Positions 15,480 through 27,418 of a DNA stretch of 64,000 bases are shown one piece after another. The notes beneath the pieces are model-generated. The model saw only the letters and a program-made list of their open reading frames with translations. It was not told the DNA's origin and did not search any database. Origin of the DNA: Octopus sinensis (Eukaryota); NCBI RefSeq assembly GCF_006345805.1, contig NC_043002.1, positions 80,166,001 to 80,230,000 on the forward strand, in the 5' to 3' direction. The position numbers and the translations under genes are program-made. Position 1 is the stretch's first letter. Each line of letters begins with the position of its first letter.

Positions 15480-15660
15480 AGAGTATTGAGTAATTGGCCA
15501 GCGATTGGGCTTACGTCTGCAGTAATTTGATATCTACAACGTCTCGTTAGAAATCACTCGTGACCGTTTGTGATTGGTCGCCGTCGTTTGCTCGGTCAGT
15601 CGGTCAGTATGCCGTCCCATGTCGGTGTGTCAGTGTGTTCGGTTTTATGAATGGAGCCGG
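15480..15660 (+). promoter_or_regulatory. Promoter-like CpG-rich island: three reverse CCAAT boxes followed by TCAGT initiator-like motifs
   Basis: ATTGG at 15493, 15504 and 15573 (two in the NF-Y-like context GATTGGY/G); TCAGT at 15596, 15604 and 15630; CpG-dense relative to the flanks. Confidence 0.45.
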
Positions 15661-15827
15661 TCAAGTTGGTTAAGACGACTGGCCTGCTAGCTAGTCGGGT
15701 TGGCTGGCTGGCTGGCTGGTCGACTGGTTGGCTGGATAGATGGATGGACAGACGAGCGGACAGTTTGATCGAAGAAGAGAAAGGACCTCTCTGTCTTTTT
15801 CTCCTTCTCTCAGCTTTCAATACATAC

Positions 15828-15879
15828 CGTGTATTTCTAAATGACCCTTTAAACACGCTCGCCTTTCGTCTTCCGCCAT
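15828..15879 (-). CDS. Candidate first coding exon MAEDERRACLKGHLEIH(G), unverified
   Basis: AAGATGGCGG start context (YY1 consensus core), 17 open codons plus 1 nt, then a GTATGT donor at 15827. No protein family recognised. Confidence 0.3.
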
Positions 15880-15976
15880 CTTAGAAATATAGAAATATTT
15901 GCATTTCCTCTTCTTTTCCTTTACTTTAATCTCTCTTTTCCTTTTACTCCAGATTCTTTCCATCTTTCTTCTTTCT

Positions 15977-16008
<32 letters not shown>

Positions 16009-16324
16009 TACTTTTTTTTCTTTCTTTTTCTTTGAAACTCTCTTTTCCGCCATTGTCATATCTTTACTTTTCGCCGTACCTCTTCTTCCTTTCTTTGAAT
16101 TAGTGTATTTCTTATTCTTTTCGTTACTTTCTTTCTTTTTTTTTTGGCTTTTTACTTATGTTCGCTCAGATTTGCATCTTTCTCGTCATCGTCTCCACAA
16201 GGTCTTCGCTTTCTTGAAATCCCTTCGTGTTACTTTCTTCCTCTTTTGTTCTTTCTATATAACTGTTTTTCTCTCTCCCACACTCACTCTTCTTGATCTA
16301 CCTTTCTAGCTCGAAATGTATACT

Positions 16325-16885
16325 TTTCAACTACAGGCACAAGGCCCGAAATTTTGGAGGAGAAGGTCAGTCGATTAGGTCAACCTCAGTACGCAACTGG
16401 TACTTAATTTATCGATCCCGGAAGGATGAAAGGCAAGGTCGACCTCGGCGGAATTTGAATTCAGAACGTAGCGGCAGACTAAATACCTATTTCTTTACTA
16501 CCCACAAGGAGCTAAACACAGAGAGGACACACAAGGACAGACAAACGGATTAAGTCGATTATATCGACCCCAGTACGTAACTGGTACTTATTTAATCGAC
16601 CCCGAAAGGATGAACGGTAAAGTCGACCTCGGCGGAATTTGAACTCGGAACGTAGCGGCAGACGAAATACCGCTAAGCATTTCGCACCTTAAAAGAAAGA
16701 TAAGCCTTGAAATTTTGCGGGAGGGGGATAAGTCCATTATATCGACCTCAGTGTTCAACTGGTGCTCAATTTATCAACCCCGAAAGGATGAAAGGTAAAG
16801 TCGACCTCGGTGGAATTTGAACTCAGAACGTAAAGACAGATGAAATTCTGCTAAGCTTGTTGCCCTTCGTGCTAACGATTTTGCC
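16325..16885 (-). mobile_element. SINE family B: dimer (16325-16686) plus adjacent monomer (about 16700-16885)
   Basis: Repeated gtcgaccccgaaaggatgaaaggcaaagtcgacctcggcggaatttgaactc (B-box GAGTTCAAATTCC on the minus strand); internal junction at about 16486. Confidence 0.9.
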
Positions 16886-18750
16886 AGTTCGTTTCCTTAC
16901 CATGTTATTTAATATAATTATCGTTTTTGTAGCTGATAATCAAAGTATATATAAACACTCACTCATTTATCTACCTCTATTGCTCACTGTCTCCTTTAAT
17001 GCTCCTAAACAGGCTAATACACACATAAAACTCACGCACAAGTGCACACACCTATACATATCGTACTTACACGCATGTACATATGCATAGACTTCTGGCT
17101 GACGTATGACAATTTACGCCACGGAGTATATAGCTTAATCAAATATGTACGTGTAAACATATTTTGTCTGCTTAAAACGCGAGTTAACCTAAATATTCTT
17201 CAAAGCATCACAAAGTATCTGTACATAGACAAAAAAAATTGAATTGTTTGATATTTTCATCACACACACACACACTCGCACACATACACGCACGCACACT
17301 CATATACGCACACACACATATATACATATATCTGTATATATTTATGTAGGTATATATAATTACACACACACACACACTCACATATATATAAAAATATTTA
17401 TTCACATACATATGCATAAGTGAATACATATAGTCTTGTAAATACGTACATACTTACATGCACACACACACACACACACACACATGTGTGTGTGTGTGTG
17501 TGTATATATATTTCTGTTTTCCGTATGTTCTTTTGTCCTATTTCCTGCAACATTTTGAAGATATAACATATATGTGTACACAGACACAGACACACACACA
17601 CGTACACACACACAAACTCACGTACACACACACGCACACATATATACATATATTTGTATGCATATATTTATGTAGGAATATAGTATATATATACGTATGC
17701 ACACACACACACACACAAACACGATATATATATATATATATAATATATATATATATTATATATATATATATTGATAATATATATATATACAGATATTTAT
17801 TCACATATACATAAATGTATACATATATTCATGTAAATAACTATAGATACATATATATATACATATATCAAGCATACATACGTGCACACACGCATACACC
17901 TGCACATAGACACACACACACTCGTATATACTTCCCTATGTACTTCTGTCCTATTCCCCGCAGCTTTTTAAAGATACATGTGTATACCCCCACCAAACAC
18001 GTATTTGTGTGTGAGTGTGTGTGTGTGTGTATGTGTGTGTATTTCTGTTCCCTGCAACATTTTGAAAATATAATATATATGTGTACACTCACAGACGCGC
18101 ACACACGCGCAACACACACACACACACACACACACACACATCTACAGACAAGCATATAGACAACACAAATGAACTGAGGAACGGAGGCAGAATATATCAT
18201 TATAATTATACAGAATATCTAACAACTATCCTCGCTGAACCACAGTAAAACAGTTAAATGTTCAAACTTTCAATGACAAGATGTATCCATCAAAGGGTCA
18301 AAGCCATCATTTTTCACTTAGAAGGGGATACAGTTTGTTCAGTCACCTTAATAAGAACTTTGGTGTGGCTCAATAACTTATTGAATTACTCACGATTTTG
18401 TCTAAAGCGAAGTAATTATGATCTCGAAGACATATCAGAATATTACTTCAGCTACAAAGATCCAATATGAAATACATTCAGAATAATAACCCTTAGATTT
18501 TATAACTTAATGTGCTCTCTTGTCAGATAGTTGCATGCGGTCTGAGGGGCATTTGGTTCTTATCTCTAGAAGGTCGGCTTCATACAGACTGTCTCCCATT
18601 GTTGTTCGATACGGTTTTAATATACGGTTGTCTGTATAATACATATTGTATTAGCGAGATGTGCAACGATGTATTAGATATGCGAGCTTACGCTTTCTGT
18701 TTATGGATGAACGTACGCAAATATAATATAATTTAATATAGTAATTACGC

Positions 18751-18810
<60 letters not shown>

Positions 18811-19240
18811 GCATACACACGCATATATATACACACACATTCCTGGTCAAATAGTCATCAAGAAAATTACATATACAATCACACACAGTATAAATTATAT
18901 AATTATACGAATGTATATGCATATATATACATTGATGTGTGTGTACATATATATACACATACACATTTATGTATATATGAACAAATATATACATACACAC
19001 ACACATGTATATATATATATATACTTATTTATTACTCATTTATTTATGTATTCCTCTATGTAGGTACAAGTTTATACGCATACGCATCAATGTTTTATGT
19101 ATATACATGCATTCATATATACATATATATATATGTATGGTATATTATATATTATATATATATATATAATATATTATATATAATATATATATATGTGATA
19201 TATTTATATTATTGATATATAATATATATATATATATATG

Positions 19241-19283
<43 letters not shown>

Positions 19284-19678
19284 GCAAATTTAAAATCATT
19301 ATATGAAATGATTCCCGTTCCACTTCGTTGCATCTCGAGTCATAGGTAGGCAGTAAGTACTTTTTTCTTTTATATTTGTTTCATTATTTGGTTTCGTTTT
19401 TTTTTCCAGTATAGATGTCAATCTCATTACAAATATCGATTTTCCTTCATCAATATTTATTAGAAGACAATGTGGAATCCGTTAGCATTTGCATTGAGAA
19501 ATTAACTTAATCACCATTCGAAAACAGTTTTAAATTGTGTACAGAAATCTATAGGCTGAACAAATATGGAATTTATTGAGTTTGCCTTCGGTATTACATT
19601 ATAACAAATGGAAATAAATATTGAATTTTATATAGTTTTATATGTATTCAACCGGTATATATATGTATGTAATATATA

Positions 19679-19711
<33 letters not shown>

Positions 19712-20039
19712 GATAGATATATAGATATATACACACACAATTACATATATATACACATACATATATATACATATATATATTATATATATATATATGTATA
19801 CATATACATATACACACACACACTATATATACATACATACACACATACACTAATTTATGTATGTGGTATGTTTGTATGAATGAGTATGTTTCTCTTTATT
19901 GTTTGTACGCATGTATCAATGTATGTGTATATCTATGTAGGTGTGTGTGTGTGTGTGTATGTATTTTTCTCTCTATCTGTGTACCAAATTGCTATATGAC
20001 TCTCTGTACTTGCGTGTATATATATATATATATATATAT

Positions 20040-20117
<78 letters not shown>

Positions 20118-20737
20118 TCCATACATTTACATGTGTATCTTTATATGCATGTACATGCAAATATATACCCATACATAATTACACACACGCAATCACACAC
20201 ACACACTGACACACGCACATATATAAAATCATATATATACATACATATATATATATACGTGTGTGCGTGTATATATATATAGAGAGAGAGAGGGAGAGAG
20301 GGAGAGAGAGAGATTCCTCTATAAGTATGTAGTATGTATATATGTATGTATGTAGGGAGGGAGGAAGAGAAGGAGGTATCTAGGTTTGTAGGTAGGTAGG
20401 TACATGCAATATTTATATGTGATTGATCCGTATTGGTAGTGAATCGATACGGTGCTGGTTAACCTGTACGTCGGGTCAACTAGTTTGCATAACGTTGCTA
20501 AGCTTTCTATATTTCTTCGTCAAAGATAGTTCATTGGTAATAAGTCACTTTCCCATCCTTTATTCACACACACACACACACGCACATATACATGCATACA
20601 AGGATACACACGCCCACACGTGACGTATCATTATGCTTAAACGCACACACACATATTAAAGATTCCCATTTTTATGTTTATATGGTATGTGAGTGTGTGT
20701 GTGCGTAACTACTCACATATACATGTATATATATAAT

Positions 20738-20781
<44 letters not shown>

Positions 20782-21759
20782 ATATTTATATGTACTTTAT
20801 TTATACGATGTATGTGTGTGTGTACATGTTTACGTACGTGTGTTTGTGTATGCACCATATTCATATACGTATATCTGAACGCACTTGTTTTGAATGTGTA
20901 TGTGTATCTGTGTGTGTGTGTGTGTGTGTGTATCTGTGTGTATCTGTGTGTGTGTGTGTGGTGGTGTGTGCGTGCGTGTGTTTGTGTGTGTGTGTGTGTG
21001 TGTATAATAATGCGAACGACTGAAAGCAAAGAGTATGCAAGTCTGCAGTTAATACTCAAGGGATAACAGCCATTGTTTCACTCCATTGTTACTCGGTGTT
21101 TCACTCAGCTGAATACCATGTATTAAATTTTACATAATTTCGTGAATGAAAGTCAACGTTAATGTTTCCTATGCTTACGTCTACATCTTATAACAATCAT
21201 ATATAACAATATAAAATTCCCAATCACACATTGTCTGTTTCACGCGTCCGAAAAGCAATTGTCAAAATCCATCTATCCTCCCACACAGGATGTTAAATAT
21301 TCACAAAGATATTGCATAATGAGCATCCATATCACCTCGAATCATCTTTAAAATGAATTGCGCCTAGTTTGTGGCTAACTCTTTTAAGAGTAGTTTTTAT
21401 GAACATTGTAATTTATTTAGATCAATTGACTTTGAAAATTCTAGTTTCTTGGTTGAATTTATTTAGGAAAAGTGCACCAAGATCCCTAACTAACTTCAAT
21501 GAGGAGTAAAATTAAGGATAGATGTGTTCCATGTTTTAAGAGGTCATGAAATTTCAGCGTTTGCCGAAAAAAAAAACTGTTTTTCACACTGAAACAGTTA
21601 GTGGTATGTCTCGGCATAAAGTACATTGTTGTCGTGAAAGGAGAATTCTTCTGGAAAAATTTTGATACCTGAACACCCAAGACCAAAATATATATTCGTG
21701 CAAGAACAAGATGCAGCTCCAACAGATTGAAACACAAAATAATTCATTTCAAGTTGTAG

Positions 21760-21815
21760 GAAGAACAAGAGGGAAGTAAACGTCTAGGACTACGACCCCG
21801 CACCGAGAGACTTAG
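21760..21815 (+). CDS. Candidate internal exon EEQEGSKRLGLRPRTERL(R/S)
   Basis: tttcaagttgtag acceptor, AG|GTAAAG donor, only one of three frames open. No homology recognised. Confidence 0.2.
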
Positions 21816-22076
21816 GTAAAGAAAAGACAAAGTATTAAGTTGTATGGACGATAAAGCTTGAAGGAATTAACGGAGCTATTTTTGAACAGAAAATGTTCTA
21901 GCGGAGGGAGATTCTGGACGATTGTCAAGTGATTGAGCCTTTTAGATAAATGCATTATTTATGTACACTCGTGTACGTATGTAGGTAATCAAATAAAGAG
22001 TGTTGGAGGTTCGACGTTGCTGGTGAAATTAAGAGGGCCACAGATATTTTGTGATTACAAAATATATAAATATATA

Positions 22077-22476
22077 GGCGCAGGAGTGGCTGTGTGGTAA
22101 GTACCTTGCTTGTCAACCACATGGTTTCGGGTTCAGTTCCACTGCGTGGCACCTTGTGCAAGTGTCTTCTACTATAGCCTCGGGCCGACCAGAGCCTTGT
22201 GAGTGGATTTGGTAAACGGAAACTGAAAAGAAGCCCGTCGTGTATATGTATATGTATATATATACGTATGTGTGCTTGTGTGTCTGTGTTTGTCCCAGCA
22301 ACATCGATTGACAACCGATGCTGGTGTGTTTACGTCCACGTAACAACGGTTCGGCAAAAGAGACCAATAGAATACGTACTAGGCTTCCAAAGAATAAGTC
22401 CTGGGGTCGATTTGCTCGACTAAAGGCGGTGCTCCAGCATGGTCGCAGTCAAATGACTGAAACAAGTAAAAGAGTA
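22077..22476 (+). mobile_element. SINE family A, full length
   Basis: Head, core, central (TA/TG) microsatellite and tail gactgaaacaagtaaaagagta all present. Confidence 0.95.
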
Positions 22477-22733
22477 TCCAATCCAGTTTAGTCCAGAAGT
22501 CGGATTGCCGTCAGTTTTAGGTAATAAATCCAGATTTCAGGATAGAAAAAAAAAGACATACATAAAATAGGAATATAGTTTAATTTCACGCTGTCCTTTC
22601 GTGCAGAAACAAGCAGAGTCTGAATGATGTTTCTCAGCTGAATTAGAATTTAGTATTTCGTTAAGAAACATGCGTCTCACTCGTTATCTTCCTTGGCTAG
22701 ACTATCTTTTCTGCAGAGAATAGTCATTTAGAT

Positions 22734-22988
22734 CAATGTTTCTCAACAATGTTTAACCTATTGACCTCTTGGATTCCTAATTTACTCGTGTGGACCCTCC
22801 TATCTAGTCAATGTATAAAAACATCATATCGTAGTTTTATAATTATGTATTATCAAGATTTGTATGTTTTTTAATATGAAAATATTTTGTGTATTGTAGA
22901 AGTATGACCAATTTTTGCAGATAAATTTTAGCAAGAAAATCTTATATGGATCCCCAACTGCCATATGGACCTCGGTTGAGAACCAATG
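22734..22988. mobile_element. hAT-type MITE (255 bp)
   Basis: 14-bp TIRs CAATGTTTCTCAAC / GTTGAGAACCAATG (2 mismatches; resembles the hAT-Charlie CAGTGGTTCTCAAC end); 8-bp flanks atttagat / atttggaa (6/8) consistent with a decayed TSD. Confidence 0.6.
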
Positions 22989-23039
22989 ATTTGGAAATGT
23001 TACATCCGCCGGTTATAGTCTGACACACTACATTATATT

Positions 23040-23700
23040 GTATTACACAGGGTATCATTAGATATAGTATAACAATCTGAATCCGTGATGAGAACTTGCT
23101 AGTGTAATACCATTCAGCAGTATATCAATAGAGAACACAATATACTTTTTCTCTCACATGCACAAAATCCTACTGATTTTTCAGCGAGAAAACCCGTTCC
23201 TTTTTCGAGTGAATGGGATCCCAATACATGATTAGTTAGTATTTTATGCCACTTCTTTGTCTACTTTTCCTAAAACGTAAGTCGTAGGGAAAGCTGACAA
23301 ATGATTGTTCGCTGCAAAGTAGATGCAATTCATTTGGGGATGTTATGGATTCTTGGTACTCAGTGTTTTAGAAAGACATAATCACCTAAGTATTTATATA
23401 GATGGATTTTGACAATTGCAAATTGACTGAATAAGTGGAGCGGGGAACGTGTGTATATGAGTTTTCTATTGTAGCGCATGATTTGAAAAGAAATGTTGTC
23501 CAAGCAAGCATAGCTAACTTTAACATTGTGTGGATTGAAAAACTTACTAAATATTTGTACAGCATTTGATGCGAATTTAACTTGGTTGTCGAGGCAGTTC
23601 ATAATTTTCGCTTGTAATCTCTTTTCCCTATTCTGACAAAAATCCAATCGATTCTGTAATCTATTACTGGATATTATTTCATCGACCGGAGGCACAAGCT
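23040..23700 (-). pseudogene. Penelope-like element ORF fossil (RT C-terminal linker into the GIY-YIG region)
   Basis: ORF 23360-23695 contains KFFNPHNVKVSYACLDNI, matching the PLE motif (K/R)IFNRNTVK(I/V)SYSCM-N as I recall it. Downstream frames are only weakly alignable. Confidence 0.6.
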
Positions 23701-24591
23701 AATGTCGATGACCCAAGAAATGGTTCGATAAAAAAAAACCTTAGATACTTAAAAGTACAAAATAATAAGTCGTCAGTTTATATTGCAAAAACATAGATGT
23801 AAAGATAGTAATATGTCCTTGGAAGGCCGTAAACAAGAGACGGTTTCAATTCCCGATCGCACTATTTCACTTAATATATTTACATCGGACATTCCCTACT
23901 AATTTGAACATTTGAAAGCTTCCAATGTCAATGTTATTGCGCAGGCAAAATTGATCAACGTTTCGGCAACATGAAGGTGACAATAATGCTTTCCGAATGG
24001 CAGCCATATTGATATTCATATTCACAGGCATGTGTTATACACACTAAAATTCACTTTCACAAAAGCTCGTGAAGCATACATAAATACATGCATAGAAACA
24101 CATATTATAACAAGTACACAAACTTATAGATATACATACGCAATTAAACACACACACATTGTTACATAAATACTTATAAAAGAACATTGATACATAGAGG
24201 AAGACAGAAGTACGGGCAAACATACATACTGAGAAATATGCGTACATACATTAACAAACACATCGACAGAGAGGGAGAGAGAGAGAGCGAGAGAGAGAGA
24301 GCGAAAGAGAGAGAGAGAGAGCGAGAGAGAGAGAGAGAGCGAGAGAGTGAGTGAGTGAGGGGAGACTGAGAGACAATAAGAAAAAGAGAGATGGGAACAA
24401 ACAGGCGCATTCATATACGCATACTTATTTTAATATAGACAGTCAACCATTTATACAACATACATTCACACAAAACCAACAGACCGATATACACACACGC
24501 ACACACAATATATTAATACACATGTACACAAACATAATCACGCGCATGCGTTAAACGCGCCCCATTACTCTAAACACTCCTCATCTTACAG

Positions 24592-24655
24592 AACCACCAT
24601 ACTCTACGAGCAACAAGACGCTAAACAACACTGAAATTAGTGATCCGTACATATG
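24592..24655 (+). CDS. Candidate internal exon (E)PPYSTSNKTLNNTEISDPYI(W/C)
   Basis: ctcctcatcttacag acceptor, G|GTAATA donor, single open frame, two N-X-T sequons. No homology recognised. Confidence 0.2.
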
Positions 24656-24978
24656 GTAATAGGCGAAGCGTATCAAATATAGATGGTTTTCGTTGTATGT
24701 ATTTAACAACGAAATGTAGATTTTATGGTGCATACACACATCGTATACCCGTAGGTACCTATCATAGTTTCCTATTAAACCAGTTGGAGACAAAAGGTCT
24801 TAGCTGGCTTTGCCTAAACACTCAGGATATCTTTTTGTATATTTATTCTATTTTGGCTGATATTATTTTTGTAATATTTTGTCGTTTGTTAATTTTCTCT
24901 TTTCTGCTTGTATATTTTGCTATATTTTCTACATTTTTTTACTACTCTATACACACACACACACACACACCACACACG

Positions 24979-25048
<70 letters not shown>

Positions 25049-25818
25049 ATATATATATATCCACATTCGCTTACACACACACGCACAGACATGTGTGCAC
25101 TTGTATATGTATATATATATATATACAAGCGCACACATGTGTGCGTGTGTGTGTAAGCGAATGTGAATATATAACTTCATATTTACGCACAATACCACAC
25201 ACATATATTCTCATATATAAATATGCATATATACATGTGTGTGTGTGTGTCTAAGTGTATTTATCGTGTGTGTATACATACGTACATATGCATTATATCC
25301 ATAAATGCATGTGTATATGCATACGCATATGCATGTTTATGTATGTGCTTGTGTGTATATGTGAGTGTGTGTGTGTGGTCTATTTTTTGAACTGTGTATT
25401 AAAGGAGGATGCGGCTGCCTTCGTTTACTTCTTTGTATCAATTTTGTTATTATTGATGTTGATGATGTGGCACCAACAACATTTTGTTTATCTTCCTGTT
25501 ATTCTAGTTGCAGTTACATTTTTGCTGTTTCTGCTGATTTGCTCTAGCATTAATCTACAAAGCTTTTATCATTCATTTCATTTCTTTCTTTTTTTTTTGT
25601 TTTTAGTTTTTTGCTTTTGTTCGTCTCCTCCGCATTCTTGTCATCCCGCCTCATCCTCTCCACCATCCTACACAGCTCCTTGACACGATAAAACTTCATA
25701 TAGGTTTGGGTGTTTTTTCCTCCTCGTCCCTATTGACATTCTACGTATTGACATATTACTACAATAACTTCTCCATTCTAACATATATTCATAAATATAT
25801 ACATATATATATATACAT

Positions 25819-25855
<37 letters not shown>

Positions 25856-26079
25856 ATTATAAATATAAATATATATATATATATATTGTTGGCTGTGATT
25901 TCGAAGACTCGCCATTGGTGTTTTATTCAGACACCACATTCGCATGTGTGGCTTGTGCATGCGTGCATGTTTGTGCGTGTGTGTGTGTCTGTGCGTGGGT
26001 ATGTGTGCGTTTATGAGTGGGTCTGTGTATATATATATATATATATATATACAGACACAACATAAACGCACACACCCAT

Positions 26080-26124
<45 letters not shown>

Positions 26125-26131
<7 letters not shown>

Positions 26132-26405
26132 AATCAAGGAACGGCCATAATAGGCCATTCACCCACTAGAAATAACAGCCAAAAAGCTTCAACCGCAAAA
26201 AATAACATTAATTCTGTAAACCAGGAGAAAATTAAAAAAAACATTTACCCTGAAATTCCTTATACGATGCACCGTTTCGTCTACTGTTTAATGGTAAACT
26301 AACCTGATTAAATTAAATCAAGCCAATCTACCATAGTTGAAGCTTTTTTGGCTGTTATTTCTAGTGGGTGAATGGCCTATTATGGCCGTTCCTTGATTGT
26401 GATAT
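26125..26405. repeat. Foldback element: 69/70-bp near-perfect inverted repeats with a 142-bp spacer
   Basis: 26125-26193 is the reverse complement of 26336-26405 apart from one base in an A/T run. Confidence 0.95.
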
Positions 26406-26500
26406 TGAACTTAAAAATGGTTTATGACTATTTAATTTTTCCCACTAGGCCGCTGGGGGCAAAAGAATTATACAAAATTTTTTTGCCTCCCTATATTGAT

Positions 26501-26577
<77 letters not shown>

Positions 26578-26583
<6 letters not shown>

Positions 26584-27374
26584 TAAACAGTAAAATTAAT
26601 TACAGACATGGACAAGAACATGAAACACCACAGAGACGACACAAGAACCACAGGACGGGACATTCGAAGCCCTCAGTCATCAGTCAAGAACCAGATCATC
26701 TTAGCAATTTCGGCTGATTAATCTTGAGATTGCTCCGATATGGCCAGCCCGCCAAGGGAAATCTAAGCCAAGCGCATTAGATCCCCTGGAAGAAAGCTTC
26801 GAATGTATACAACGAAAGGACGGAAAACGATCGAAGTACACAAACAAAAATACAGAATACGTGACACCAATAGAATACAAAAACGTAAAAACAATAACGG
26901 TAAAATTAAAATAAACAACAAAACAAACCAGGACGTAGGACAAGGGTCTTTCGACAGGACGATTTGAGTAGGGGCTGGCTTGTGAAGTTGTGCAAAGGCC
27001 ACGGGGAGACGAACAAATACGTGTTGCTTCTGAGGCTGCTGAAAACGAAAAGAGCGCTCAACAGCGGCTAGCTGTCACGTGAGAACAAAGACAGGAGAAA
27101 GGGACAGATGAAAAGGGAGAGAAGGTGGACGAGGGAGGAGAAGAAAGAGACAGATCGAGGGGGCTGGAGGTGAGAGAGATAGAGAAACGTAGAAAGGGGG
27201 GGGGATGGAGAGGGAAAGAAAGGAAGTGGAATAAGGGAGGAGAGAGAGAGAGAGAAAAAGAGACAGATTAAGAGTCGTATCAAAGCTTGAGAAAAAATAT
27301 ACTTATCGTATAAGGACAATTGTGGATACGTACCGCCGATTATATAGGTAAACAGTAAAATTAATTACAGACAT

Positions 27375-27379
<5 letters not shown>
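26578..27379 (-). mobile_element. Dispersed repeat family D bounded by 37-bp direct repeats (probable non-autonomous Penelope-like element)
   Basis: tataggtaaacagtaaaattaattacagacatggaca at 26578-26614 and 27343-27379; body homologous to 48010-48370. PLE assignment and strand are inferred. Confidence 0.6.

Positions 27380-27418
<39 letters not shown>

Noticed and set aside
16325-16885. Regularly spaced ~185-bp repeats as a CRISPR array
   Set aside because: No unique spacers, repeats far too long, eukaryotic context, Pol III B-box in every unit.
18200-18740. Several protein-looking frames on both strands in a 550-bp unique island
   Set aside because: Mutually exclusive frames, none with both good splice sites and recognisable homology; may be conserved non-coding DNA.
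23950-24036. Hammerhead-like motif CCTGTGAA...GCCGAAACGTTG on the minus strand
   Set aside because: The core lacks one base (CUG-UGA), stem I cannot form and stem II is irregular. At most a fossil, so not called as a ribozyme.
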